From assembly GCA_015492305.1 (NCBI GenBank), contig WGFJ01000140.1, positions 287 through 64,286 of the forward strand: DNA of 64,000 nt. The letters run 5' to 3'. The stretch is from Deltaproteobacteria bacterium. Its GTDB lineage: Bacteria; Desulfobacterota; GWC2-55-46; S146-80. The notes beneath the pieces are model-generated. The model had not been told where the DNA came from and did not search any database. It saw only the letters and a program-made list of their open reading frames with translations. The translations under genes were made by a program, and so were the position numbers. This document shows, piece by piece, positions 29,714 to 38,478 of this stretch; position 1 is the first letter of the stretch; the number at the start of each line of letters is the position of its first letter.

Positions 29714-30180
29714 CTTCCCTTTGGAGATCCGTAGACATCAAGGAGCTGCAGCCTTGTTGCCTGGAGCCTCTTATACATGATGTAGCTGAAGCGTTTCAGG
29801 AACTCATAGCCGAGTTCGTGGTCCTCCTCGCACTTCTTCCTGAGACAGTTGCCGTCAAGGGCAAGGGCCCTTGTGAGCTCCAGTGCCCTTGCATCAAAGA
29901 TCCAGTGGTATGGAGGTATGAGCCAGGAAAAGCCAAGGATGTCACCGTCATGGAGGGTCTGGATGGTTATGGGTGGCCTTCCCGGCACCCCTATCTCGAT
30001 GGCCACCCTCCCATACCTGATGAGGTAGAAGTAGTCTGCCTCCTCCCCTTCACGGAATATGTACTCCCCTTCGTTGAACCTCACATTCCTTGCACAGGAA
30101 ACGATCCTCTTCAGGATATCCTCCCTAAGCCCCTTGGAGAAGGGATGTTCCCTTAAAAGGCGCTCAAGATCCTCCATCAT
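29710..30180 (-). CDS. cyclic nucleotide-binding domain protein
   Basis: cNMP-binding beta-barrel motif (FREGEEADYFYLIRYGRVAIEI). ATG start at 30180 overlaps the upstream stop as ATGA, and the stop overlaps the gamma-subunit start. Confidence 0.6.
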   Translation of the reverse strand: MMEDLERLLREHPFSKGLREDILKRIVSCARNVRFNEGEYIFREGEEADYFYLIRYGRVAIEIGVPGRPPITIQTLHDGDILGFSWLIPPYHWIFDARALELTRALALDGNCLRKKCEEDHELGYEFLKRFSYIMYKRLQATRLQLLDVYGSPKGR

Positions 30181-31271
30181 CCACCTCCCTTTCTCAATTC
30201 CTCCACCACCTCGGTAATGTCTATCCCCACAGGACACCATGTTATGCACCTGCCACACCCCACACACCCAGGGGTGCCGAACTGATCTATCCAGGTGGCA
30301 AGCTTATGGGTGATCCAGTGGCGGTACCTTGAAGCTATGGAAGAGCGGATACTCCCTCCATGGAGGTATGTGAAGTCAAGGGTGAAGCAGGAATCCCATC
30401 TCTGCCACCTCTCTGCCGATCCATCGAGGGCCATCCTGTCCTCAAGGGTGGTACAGAAGCAGGTGGGGCACACAAAGGTGCAGTTCCCGCAGGCAAGGCA
30501 CCTCTTTTCCACATCCCTCCAGTATGGATGATCATGGCTCCTGTAGAGGAGTTCCTTGAGTCCATCCCTCTCAAGGGCCCTTCCCATCCTCCCCTTTGCC
30601 CCTTCGATAAGCCCCTCAGCCTCCCTTATCTGCGCTGGAGAGGCCTCCATCGATGGTATCCTCTCCAGAAGGCCCTTTCCCCTCTGTGAGCCTGCCTGTA
30701 TGAGGAAGTAGTGCTCCTTGCCAGAGACCTCTGTGAGGATGAGGTCGGCACCATCTCCTACCTCTGGGCCTGTCCCCATGGACAGACAGAAACATGTACC
30801 CCCTGGATGGGTGCAGTTCACCGCTATTATGAGGCTTTTCTCCCTCCTCCTGAGGTAGTGGGGGTCCCTGTACTCACCTTCTAAAAGGACCCTGTCCCGG
30901 ATGGAGATCCCTGCTACATCGCAGGGTCTTACAAGGAAGGCAAACCCCGGATCATCCCCATCCTCCTCTTCAACCCCTCTTCCATCGGATGAGACCCTGA
31001 AGAGGAGCCTTTCAGGGGGATTGAGAAAGTATTTCGGTGAACCCGGACCAACCGCGTAACCGAAAAAGAGATCCCCTTCCTGTCTCAGACGATACCTACC
31101 TGCCCCCTGCTCATCCCTGTATCCCTCGGGCAGGTCCCCTATGGACCCTATCTCCCCGTAGTGTATTGCACCATCCCTTACAAGGGGACCCACGACCGTG
31201 TAACCCTCTTCCCTGAGGGCCCTTAAGAGCCCTTCAAGGCCTTCCTTTCCTATCACCCTTACGGTCATCAT
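30177..31271 (-). CDS. sulfhydrogenase beta-like 4Fe-4S subunit
   Basis: Ferredoxin-type cysteine clusters (CLACGNCTFVCPTCFC; GCVGCGRCITWCP). 364 aa. Confidence 0.75.
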   Translation of the reverse strand: MMTVRVIGKEGLEGLLRALREEGYTVVGPLVRDGAIHYGEIGSIGDLPEGYRDEQGAGRYRLRQEGDLFFGYAVGPGSPKYFLNPPERLLFRVSSDGRGVEEEDGDDPGFAFLVRPCDVAGISIRDRVLLEGEYRDPHYLRRREKSLIIAVNCTHPGGTCFCLSMGTGPEVGDGADLILTEVSGKEHYFLIQAGSQRGKGLLERIPSMEASPAQIREAEGLIEGAKGRMGRALERDGLKELLYRSHDHPYWRDVEKRCLACGNCTFVCPTCFCTTLEDRMALDGSAERWQRWDSCFTLDFTYLHGGSIRSSIASRYRHWITHKLATWIDQFGTPGCVGCGRCITWCPVGIDITEVVEELRKGGG

Positions 31272-31290
31272 GTCTTTAAGAGCAGGGCCT

Positions 31291-31677
31291 TCAAGGGGTC
31301 CTTCCCTTTGAGGAGACCCTGATTATGGTCTTCAGGTTCCCCCTGGGGTTGAAATCCCCTATGACCTCTATGAATCTCGGCTTCAGGACCTTCTGAAGGT
31401 CGTCGTATATCCTGTTTGTAGCCGCCTCATGGGAGATGTACCGGTCCCTGAAGGAGTTGAGGTAGAGCTTCAGGGACTTGAGCTCGACTATGTACCTGTC
31501 GGGGATGTAGTTGATCCTTATGGTGGCATAGTCTGGATAGCCAGACCTCGGACAGAGGCAGCTGAACTCTGGAAAGGAGAGCTCTATGAGATAGTCCCTG
31601 TCAGGACAGGGGTTCTCCCATACCTCAAGCCTCACCTCCTTTATGGCCTTCTCTCCATACCTGAGTCCGTCTGCCAT
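31291..31677 (-). CDS. queF: NADPH-dependent 7-cyano-7-deazaguanine reductase (preQ1 synthase)
   Basis: QueF motifs [19 protein letters not shown] and [13 protein letters not shown]. Start set at the internal MADGLRY, giving a type-I size of 129 aa. Confidence 0.8.
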   Translation of the reverse strand: MADGLRYGEKAIKEVRLEVWENPCPDRDYLIELSFPEFSCLCPRSGYPDYATIRINYIPDRYIVELKSLKLYLNSFRDRYISHEAATNRIYDDLQKVLKPRFIEVIGDFNPRGNLKTIIRVSSKGRTP

Positions 31678-31746
31678 ACCCAAATTATAGTGTAAAAGAC
31701 ACCCTAAAGGAAGTCCTTTCCAATAGTCCTTGAAAGGGGGGATGAT

Positions 31747-32289
31747 TTGAGGTATAACCCTCTCTCTAAAGCCATGATCACTAACAAAGGGAACATGCTC
31801 TTTCCAACCATCTTCATGGCCCTTGCGGCTGCTGTACTCCTGTACGCTGGTTACAGGAAAGGGGTCCATGTGAAGGGGCTTATGTGGGGGCTCACAATGA
31901 CCCTCAAGATCCTTCCCCTCGTCTTCCTCGCACTCCTTGTGGCAGGGATGGTTCAGCTCCTCATACCCAGGGAGTCCATCTCGGCATGGATCGGATCAGG
32001 GGCAGGGCTGAGGGGTATCATACTTGGTTCCATAGCCGGAAGCCTCTCCCCTGGAGGCCCCTATGTGAGCCTTCCCATAGCCCTTGCACTCCTCCACTCA
32101 GGTGCAAGTATAGGGACGGTGGTGTCCTTCCTTACAGCCTGGTCCCTTATGGCTGTCTCAAGGCTTCCCATGGAGATCGGTTTCCTCGGGTGGAAGGTCA
32201 CGGTGATACGGGTGATGAGCACATTCTTCTTCCCACCTGTTGCAGGCCTTATCGCCCAGACCCTCTTCGGTAGCAGGACAGGAGGATAG
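31747..32289 (+). CDS. small polytopic membrane protein, putative permease
   Basis: Four to five predicted TM segments. First gene of a plus-strand block and adjacent to the nrdD-like start. Confidence 0.35.
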   Translation: MRYNPLSKAMITNKGNMLFPTIFMALAAAVLLYAGYRKGVHVKGLMWGLTMTLKILPLVFLALLVAGMVQLLIPRESISAWIGSGAGLRGIILGSIAGSLSPGGPYVSLPIALALLHSGASIGTVVSFLTAWSLMAVSRLPMEIGFLGWKVTVIRVMSTFFFPPVAGLIAQTLFGSRTGG

Positions 32290-32291
32290 AG

Positions 32292-34247
32292 ATGACCGAC
32301 CCCTCCGATCTCCCAAGGGAGAGGATAACGGACCTCACCCTCTTTGTAAGGACATCATCGGAGGAGATGAGTCCCTGGAACAGGGAGAGGATAGTGGATG
32401 CCCTCATGAGGGAAACCCCACTTGACTACGAGTCAGCCGTTGCCATAAGCAGGGAGATAGAAGACTTCATCTTCCGGTCCGGATTGAGGCACATAACCAC
32501 ACCCCTCATAAGGGAACTCGTGGACACCAAGCTGATCGAAAGGGGCTTTGAGGGTATCTACAGGAGGCACAGGAGGCTTGGAGTACCCGTCTACGATGTG
32601 GAGAACCTCCTCTTCCATTCAGGGAAGGAGAATGCCAACATACCCCACTCACCAGAGGCATCCAGCCACATACTTTCAGAACTGATAAAGAAGGAGTATG
32701 CCCTTGAAGCGGTCTTCTCCCCTGAGGTGAGGGATGCCCACATCAGGGGAGACATACACATCCATGGCCTTGGTTTCATAGACAGGCCTTACTCCACCTA
32801 TCAAAACCTCGAGGGCCTCAAGGAAGGAGGCCTTGACCTTTCCTTTCCCCCTGTTAAGGCAGGACCTGCCAGACATGCAGATGCACTCCTGTCCCAGATG
32901 ATAAGGCTCTCAAGCCTCCTTCAGGCCCACTATGCAGCCTCCATAGGGTGGTACGGTGTCAACCTGTCCTTTGCCCCCTATCTCAGGGGGATGGACTACA
33001 GAGGAATAAGGCAGATCGCCCAGAGGATGGTCTTTGAATTCTCCCAGCTTGGGGCAGGCAGGGGTGGACAGGCCATATTCTCAACGATCCACATAGACCT
33101 CAAGCCTTCCCGGGGTGCTACAGCCATAGGACCGGGTGGCAGTCGATGCGGCACCTACGGGGATTACAGGAAAGAGGCAAGGCTCTTTGCCATGGCCCTT
33201 ATGGAGGTCTACAGGGAGGGGGATGCCTCTGGCAAGCCCCTCTTCTTCCCCCAGCCCTGGTTCCACATATGGGAAGAAACCCTGGAGGATAGAGAACTCC
33301 TGTCGTTGCTCCTGGCTGTGTGTCAGGAAAAGGGTGTGCCCCACATCCTCTTTGAAAGAGGGGATGGAAGGACCCTTCTGGAAGGTCCCTTCCCCTCCAT
33401 CTCCATCCTCCAGAATGTGAGCATCAACCTCCCGAGGATCGGATACCGGATCAGAGGAGGGCAGGATCCGGATAGGGAGCTTGAAAGGGTGGTGGAGATT
33501 GCCATAAGGGCCCATGTCGAGAAGAGGGAGTTCCTCAGAAGGCTTGCAGAAAAGGAGAAGGGACCACTGAGCTTTGTGGTGGAAAAGGGCTTCTTCTCCC
33601 CGGACAGGGCAGTGGCCTTTGTGGGTATAATAGGCCTTCCCGAGTACCTTCATATCATCGGAAAGGAGGGGGATGGAGGGGAGGCGGCAGGGGTCCTCAA
33701 AAGGCTTGAGAGGCTGGTAACCCGGATGGGCAAGAGGCACATGCTTCAGGCCTGCCTCACCCAGACCCCTGGGGAGAGCACGGCCCACCGCTTTGCAAAG
33801 CTCGACCTCAAGTACCATGCCCCTCTGAGTGGAAGGAACATAAGGGGTGACATCGCAAAGGGAGAGATCTATTACAACACATCCCTCCTGCCCATCTCTT
33901 CCGAGGTGGAGCCCTTTGAGAGGGCAAGGTACGAGGGGGCCTTGCAGCCCCACATAAGGGGGGAGACCTTTACCAACATCTATCTCGAAGGAAGGCCCTT
34001 CAGGGAGGACTTCATAGAGAGGCTCTTCAGGAAAACAGGGGTAAGGTCCATCTCCCTGTCTCCGGACTTTACCTTGTGCATGGACTGTGGTATCTCCATA
34101 GAGGGGATCCGGGAAAGGTGCGGGTCCTGCGGTTCCAGCAGGGTCGACTACATCTCAAGGGTTACAACCTACTACTCCCTTCTCTCCAACTGGAACAGGG
34201 GGAAGGTGGGAGAATGGAAGGAGAGGTTCAGATGGAAGGGCTGGTAA
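32292..34247 (+). CDS. anaerobic ribonucleoside-triphosphate reductase (NrdD)-like protein with atypical radical-site motif
   Basis: Length of 651 aa, an ATP-cone-like N-terminus, and a C-terminal Zn ribbon (CMDCG…CGSCG). This is followed by SRVTTYYS where NrdD carries the RVCGY glycyl-radical motif. Confidence 0.5.
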   Translation: MTDPSDLPRERITDLTLFVRTSSEEMSPWNRERIVDALMRETPLDYESAVAISREIEDFIFRSGLRHITTPLIRELVDTKLIERGFEGIYRRHRRLGVPVYDVENLLFHSGKENANIPHSPEASSHILSELIKKEYALEAVFSPEVRDAHIRGDIHIHGLGFIDRPYSTYQNLEGLKEGGLDLSFPPVKAGPARHADALLSQMIRLSSLLQAHYAASIGWYGVNLSFAPYLRGMDYRGIRQIAQRMVFEFSQLGAGRGGQAIFSTIHIDLKPSRGATAIGPGGSRCGTYGDYRKEARLFAMALMEVYREGDASGKPLFFPQPWFHIWEETLEDRELLSLLLAVCQEKGVPHILFERGDGRTLLEGPFPSISILQNVSINLPRIGYRIRGGQDPDRELERVVEIAIRAHVEKREFLRRLAEKEKGPLSFVVEKGFFSPDRAVAFVGIIGLPEYLHIIGKEGDGGEAAGVLKRLERLVTRMGKRHMLQACLTQTPGESTAHRFAKLDLKYHAPLSGRNIRGDIAKGEIYYNTSLLPISSEVEPFERARYEGALQPHIRGETFTNIYLEGRPFREDFIERLFRKTGVRSISLSPDFTLCMDCGISIEGIRERCGSCGSSRVDYISRVTTYYSLLSNWNRGKVGEWKERFRWKGW

Positions 34248-34822
34248 CAAAGGTTTATAAAGAGAGCATAGCCGTCAAGGAGGCCTTTTTCAAGGAGGAG
34301 ACCCACAGGATCATCGAGGTGGCAAGCCTCATAGCCGAGACCTTCACCAGAGGAAACAAACTACTCCTCATTGGAAATGGCGGAAGCGCTGCAGATGCCC
34401 AGCACATAGCCGCTGAGTTTGTAAACCGTTTCAGGATCGAGAGACCTCCACTGCCTGCCCTTGCCCTCACAACGGACACATCCATCATAACGAGTATAGG
34501 GAACGATTACGAGTTCAGACAGATCTTCGCAAAGCAGGTGAAGGCCCTTGGAAAGGAGGGAGACATCCTCATGGCCATAAGCACAAGCGGCTCCTCACCC
34601 AACATACTGGAAGCCATAAAGGCGGCAAGGAAGATGGATATAAAAGTGATCGGCCTTACAGGCAGGGATGGAGGTGAGATGGCCGGGATGGTGGATATAC
34701 CCCTTGTGGTGAGGAGTGATAACACACCAAGGATACAGGAAGTCCACATCACCGTTGGACACATCCTCTGTGAACTCGTGGATTACATCCTCTTCAAAAA
34801 GCCCCTTGAGGAGGTGGAATGA
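34232..34822 (+). CDS. gmhA: SIS-domain phosphoheptose isomerase
   Basis: GmhA-like motifs (LLIGNGGSAADAQHIAAEF…ISTSGSSPN). Start set at the ATG that has a GGAAGGAGAGG ribosome-binding site; 34214 is an alternative. Confidence 0.8.
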   Translation: MEGLVTKVYKESIAVKEAFFKEETHRIIEVASLIAETFTRGNKLLLIGNGGSAADAQHIAAEFVNRFRIERPPLPALALTTDTSIITSIGNDYEFRQIFAKQVKALGKEGDILMAISTSGSSPNILEAIKAARKMDIKVIGLTGRDGGEMAGMVDIPLVVRSDNTPRIQEVHITVGHILCELVDYILFKKPLEEVE

Positions 34823-35757
34823 AGAGGTGGGAACCCCTCTCCTTTGAAGGGGTGAAGAGGAGATCCATAGGGGAGAGGGCAAGCAAGGTAAGGGAAGGGG
34901 ACCTCGCCACACCCCTGAAGAAGGGAGCCTCCTTAAGGGAGTTCCTGGAAGGGCTCCCTGACATCCTCGGAGCAAGGGACCTCATAGCCCTTGCAAAGGA
35001 GATAGGGGAATCGAGGAAGAAGGGAAGGCCAGTCATCCTCGGGATGGGTGCCCATGTCATAAAGACCGGTCTTTCCCCGGTGATCATAGACCTCATGGAG
35101 GAAGACATCATCACAGGTGTTGCCATGAATGGTGCCGGGATCGTCCATGACTTCGAGCTTGCCCTTGCCGGAAAGACATCGGAGGATGTGGACAGGGAGA
35201 TAGACGAGGGGATGTTCGGCATGACCGAAGAAACGGGAAAGATCCTGAACAGCGCCATAAAGAGAGGGGTTGAGAGGGGCTACGGCATAGGGGAGGCCGT
35301 GGGCAGGGAGATACTGGAGTCCTGCCCGAACAGGGAGATCAGCATCCTTGCGGCAGGGGTGAGGCTGAACAAGCCTGTAACCGTCCATGTGGCCCTTGGC
35401 ACCGACATCATCCACATCCACCCTGAGGTGGACGGGAAGGCCATAGGGGAGGGAGGGATGAGGGACTTCCGCATATTCTGTGGCCTTGTTAAAGACCTCG
35501 AAGGAGGGGCCTACATCAATGCGGGATCTGCTGTGATACTGCCAGAGGTCTTCCTGAAGGCCCTTACCCTTGTGAGGAACCTCGGCTACAGGGTGGAAAG
35601 GTTTGTCACGGCAAACATGGACTTCATCCAGCACTATAGACCCCTTACCAATGTGGTAAGGAGGCCCACAAAGAAGGGAGGAAAGGGTTTTTCACTAACA
35701 GGCCACCATGAGATAATGCTCCCCCTCCTTGCAGCCGCCGTAAAGGAGTATATGTGA
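34819..35757 (+). CDS. deoxyhypusine synthase family protein (DHS-like NAD-binding)
   Basis: The segment LGMGAHVIKTGLSPVIIDLMEEDIITGVAMNGAGIVHDFELAL aligns by eye with the DHS core (LGLAGAMVPAG…VTTGANLTHD). Confidence 0.55.
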   Translation: MKRWEPLSFEGVKRRSIGERASKVREGDLATPLKKGASLREFLEGLPDILGARDLIALAKEIGESRKKGRPVILGMGAHVIKTGLSPVIIDLMEEDIITGVAMNGAGIVHDFELALAGKTSEDVDREIDEGMFGMTEETGKILNSAIKRGVERGYGIGEAVGREILESCPNREISILAAGVRLNKPVTVHVALGTDIIHIHPEVDGKAIGEGGMRDFRIFCGLVKDLEGGAYINAGSAVILPEVFLKALTLVRNLGYRVERFVTANMDFIQHYRPLTNVVRRPTKKGGKGFSLTGHHEIMLPLLAAAVKEYM

Positions 35758-35761
35758 GGCC

Positions 35762-36979
35762 CTACGCCTCTATTGTCCTTCCCTTCCTCGGGATCACTAC
35801 TATCTTCGATGGATCAACGGTGTAGCGGAGACGATCCTTCTTCGGATCAAAGCCTATCTCCTCACCCTCCTCTATTACATTGTGCTTGTCCACAATCACC
35901 CTCTTCAACCTGCACCCCTTCTTGAGAACAACACCCTCCATGATGATACACTCCTCAACAGAAGCACCTTCCTCAACAACCACACCGCTCCTGAGGATCG
36001 AATCCCTGATAAGGCCCCCATGGATCACCGTTCCCTCTGCAATGGAGGAGTTCACCACCTCTCCACCGAAGATCCTCACAGAGGGACCACCTTCAACGCC
36101 GGAATGGATGGGCCAGTCCTGATTGTCCAGTTCGAACCTTGGCTCTTTGCCGAGCATGTCCATGTGGGCGTTGAAGTAGGAGGATATGGTCCCCACATCC
36201 CTCCAGTAGGCCCTCTCCTCGTAGGGTCTTATGCCTGGAACCACGTTGGTCGCAAAGTCATAGGCATAGACCCTACCGGTCCTCACAAGGTCCGGTATCA
36301 CATGGGCACCGAAGTCGTGTTGATCCTTCTTCTGGGCCTTTATAAGGGCCTCTACAAGGACATCCCTGTTGAAGATGTAATTCCCCATGGAGACATAGGC
36401 CATGGATGGGTTGCCGGGCATGGGAGTGGGACTTTCAGGCTTTTCCTGAAACCCAACAATCCTGTTCTCCTCATCTGCCACGATCACACCAAAGGCAGAT
36501 GCCTCTTCAAGGGGCACAGGCCTTGCGGCCACGGTAACAGAAGCCCCCCTGGAGAGGTGGAAATCCACCATCTGCCTCACATCCATCCTGTATATGTGAT
36601 CTGCGCCAAAGATGATGACGATCTCAGGGTTGTGGTCGTTTATGAGGTTTATGTTCTGAAAGACCGCATCCGCTGTCCCCTGAAACCACTCAGGTCCCAC
36701 CCTCATCTGGGGAGGGACTATGGCTATAAAGTGATCCCTCACAAGGGGGGAAAAGACCCAGTTCTGCCTCACGTGCTCGATAAGGGACTGGGATTTGTAC
36801 TGGACAAGGAGGTATATGGAGTAGATGTGGGAGTTTATGAGGTTGCTGAGCACGAAATCCACGATCCTGAACCTCCCACCGAAGGGGACAGCAGGCTTCG
36901 AGCGGTAGGCTGTAAGGGGATAGAGCCTCTCCCCCTTTCCCCCGGCAAGGACAAAGGCAAGTATCTTTGGATGGGCCAA
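35762..36979 (-). CDS. glgC: glucose-1-phosphate adenylyltransferase
   Basis: N-terminal LAGGKGERLYPLT…KPAVPFGG, with a left-handed beta-helix C-terminus. TTG start. Confidence 0.9.
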   Translation of the reverse strand: MAHPKILAFVLAGGKGERLYPLTAYRSKPAVPFGGRFRIVDFVLSNLINSHIYSIYLLVQYKSQSLIEHVRQNWVFSPLVRDHFIAIVPPQMRVGPEWFQGTADAVFQNINLINDHNPEIVIIFGADHIYRMDVRQMVDFHLSRGASVTVAARPVPLEEASAFGVIVADEENRIVGFQEKPESPTPMPGNPSMAYVSMGNYIFNRDVLVEALIKAQKKDQHDFGAHVIPDLVRTGRVYAYDFATNVVPGIRPYEERAYWRDVGTISSYFNAHMDMLGKEPRFELDNQDWPIHSGVEGGPSVRIFGGEVVNSSIAEGTVIHGGLIRDSILRSGVVVEEGASVEECIIMEGVVLKKGCRLKRVIVDKHNVIEEGEEIGFDPKKDRLRYTVDPSKIVVIPRKGRTIEA

Positions 36980-37082
36980 GGACCACCTCCTTCTGGAATC
37001 TCGCCAAGATTATAGCATCCCTTCTGCAGAAGGACAAGTGAGGGCAGGATCCGTTGATGATGAAATCAAAGGCAAAAGGTGG

Positions 37083-37088
37083 TATAGT
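37083..37088 (+). promoter_or_regulatory. putative extended -10 (TGgTATAGT) immediately upstream of ku
   Basis: TATAGT preceded by TG and ending 6 nt before the ku ATG at 37095, which implies a leaderless transcript. The -35 is poor. Confidence 0.25.
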
Positions 37089-37094
37089 TATGGT

Positions 37095-37862
37095 ATGAAG
37101 GCGATCTGGAAGGGAAGCATAACCCTTGCCCTGGTGAGCATCCCTGTCAAGGTCTACGGGGCCACCCACCACAGGGGCATAAGCTTCAGGCTCCTCCACA
37201 GGCCCTGCTCTACCCCCTTGAGATACGAGAAGTTCTGTCCCACCTGCAACAGGGAGGTTGGAAGGGAAGAGATAGTCCATGGCTACGAATACGAGAAGGG
37301 GAGGTTTGTGACCATCACCGATGAAGAGCTTGAAAAGGTGGCCATCAAGACCTCCAAGGCCATAGAGATCCTGAAGTTTGTGGATCCCAGGGAGGTGGAA
37401 CCCACCTTCTACGACAGGGCCTTCTACCTTGAACCCCAGGAAGGGGGTGAGAGGGCCTACACCCTCCTCAGGGAGATCATGAGGATGACCGACAAGGTAG
37501 GTCTTGCAAAGATAGCCATGAGGGAGAGGGAGCACATAGGGGTGATAAGGATCTGGGGGAAGACGCTCGTCCTCCACACCCTTTACTACGCGGACGAGGT
37601 CATGAGGCCAGAGGCCCTGCACATCCCAGAGGGAATCCGTCTCGAAGAGGAGGAACTTTCCCTTGCAAGGGAACTGGTCAAGCACTTCACAGGCCCCTTT
37701 GACATCGAGAGATACCACGATGAGTTCAGGGAATCCCTCATGGAACTCATAAGGGCAAAGATAGAAGGTAAGGAGATAAAGGTCCCCCCGAAGAGGGAGG
37801 TCGAGAAGGTTGTAAGCCTCATGGAGGCCCTGAAGAAGAGCCTGGAAAAGAAGGCGGTATAG
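37095..37862 (+). CDS. ku: Ku protein (non-homologous end joining)
   Basis: Canonical N-terminus MKAIWKGSITLALVSIPVKVY. The upstream ORF-track GTG extension was rejected. Confidence 0.9.
   Translation: MKAIWKGSITLALVSIPVKVYGATHHRGISFRLLHRPCSTPLRYEKFCPTCNREVGREEIVHGYEYEKGRFVTITDEELEKVAIKTSKAIEILKFVDPREVEPTFYDRAFYLEPQEGGERAYTLLREIMRMTDKVGLAKIAMREREHIGVIRIWGKTLVLHTLYYADEVMRPEALHIPEGIRLEEEELSLARELVKHFTGPFDIERYHDEFRESLMELIRAKIEGKEIKVPPKREVEKVVSLMEALKKSLEKKAV
37818..37858. repeat. 41-bp direct repeat, copy 1 (encodes the Ku C-terminus)
   Basis: CTCATGGAGGCCCTGAAGAAGAGCCTGGAAAAGAAGGCGGT is identical to 38438-38478. Confidence 0.95.
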
Positions 37863-37875
37863 CCTGCTGCAAACC

Positions 37876-38199
37876 TTGAGTGCCGATATCCTGGAATTTA
37901 TCCGGTCTTGCGTAAGAGATCACAGGGTGTATTGGACCTATCATGTCAATATGCGGTTGAGGGAACGCTTCATACCCCGTAAAGCCATCCTGGCTTCGGT
38001 GGATTCATATGAGATAATCGAAGAGTATCCGGATGATAAATACTTACCGAGCTATCTGATCTATGCAGAGTACGAAGGGGAGGTCTTCCATATCCACATC
38101 GCTACCGACATGGATAACAACAACATAAGGATAGTGACGGCCTATAAGCCCACCATAGATAAGTGGGAGAAGGATTTCAAAACAAGGAGGAAGAAATGA
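37876..38199 (+). CDS. DUF4258-like protein (putative toxin-antitoxin component)
   Basis: A 107-aa protein that I recognise as DUF4258-like. Lower-GC codon usage than its surroundings. Confidence 0.5.
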   Translation: MSADILEFIRSCVRDHRVYWTYHVNMRLRERFIPRKAILASVDSYEIIEEYPDDKYLPSYLIYAEYEGEVFHIHIATDMDNNNIRIVTAYKPTIDKWEKDFKTRRKK

Positions 38200-38417
38200 A
38201 TTGCCGTATCTGTGGGGGAAAGCTGGAGAGTGTTATCACCGATATGCCCTTCAAGGTCAGGAACAACTCCATCGTTATCATAAAAAAACTGCCCCTTCTA
38301 CAGTGCAAAAACTGCAATGAATACCTCATCGAGGATGCCGTGATGGAAAAGGTGGATGAGATCCTGGCCAGAGTCGACCAGACAGCAGAGCTTGAGGTCC
38401 TAAGCTATGCTGTATAA
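38196..38417 (+). CDS. YgiT-type zinc-finger protein (MqsA-like N-terminal domain), putative antitoxin
   Basis: Start set at MNCRICGG. Carries CxxC…CxxC (CRICGG…CKNCNE), as in YgiT/MqsA zinc-finger domains. Confidence 0.55.
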   Translation: MNCRICGGKLESVITDMPFKVRNNSIVIIKKLPLLQCKNCNEYLIEDAVMEKVDEILARVDQTAELEVLSYAV

Positions 38418-38437
38418 AGAACATATGGACCTTTGGT

Positions 38438-38478
38438 CTCATGGAGGCCCTGAAGAAGAGCCTGGAAAAGAAGGCGGT
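38438..38478. repeat. 41-bp direct repeat, copy 2 (encodes the LigD C-terminus on the minus strand)
   Basis: Identical to 37818-37858. The minus-strand translation …PPSFPGSSSGPP* forms the ligase C-terminus. Confidence 0.95.

Noticed and set aside
31678-31746. Possible preQ1 riboswitch in the queF leader
   Set aside because: Only a short AAAGG/CCTTT hairpin with a 4-nt loop is present. There is no preQ1-I or preQ1-II aptamer-like loop or A-rich tail.
35882-37718. Large ORFs antisense to glgC and ku (377 aa and 342 aa)
   Set aside because: They have no recognisable motifs and are His/Pro/Gly-rich, as antisense translations of GC-rich genes typically are. The sense strands encode unmistakable GlgC and Ku.
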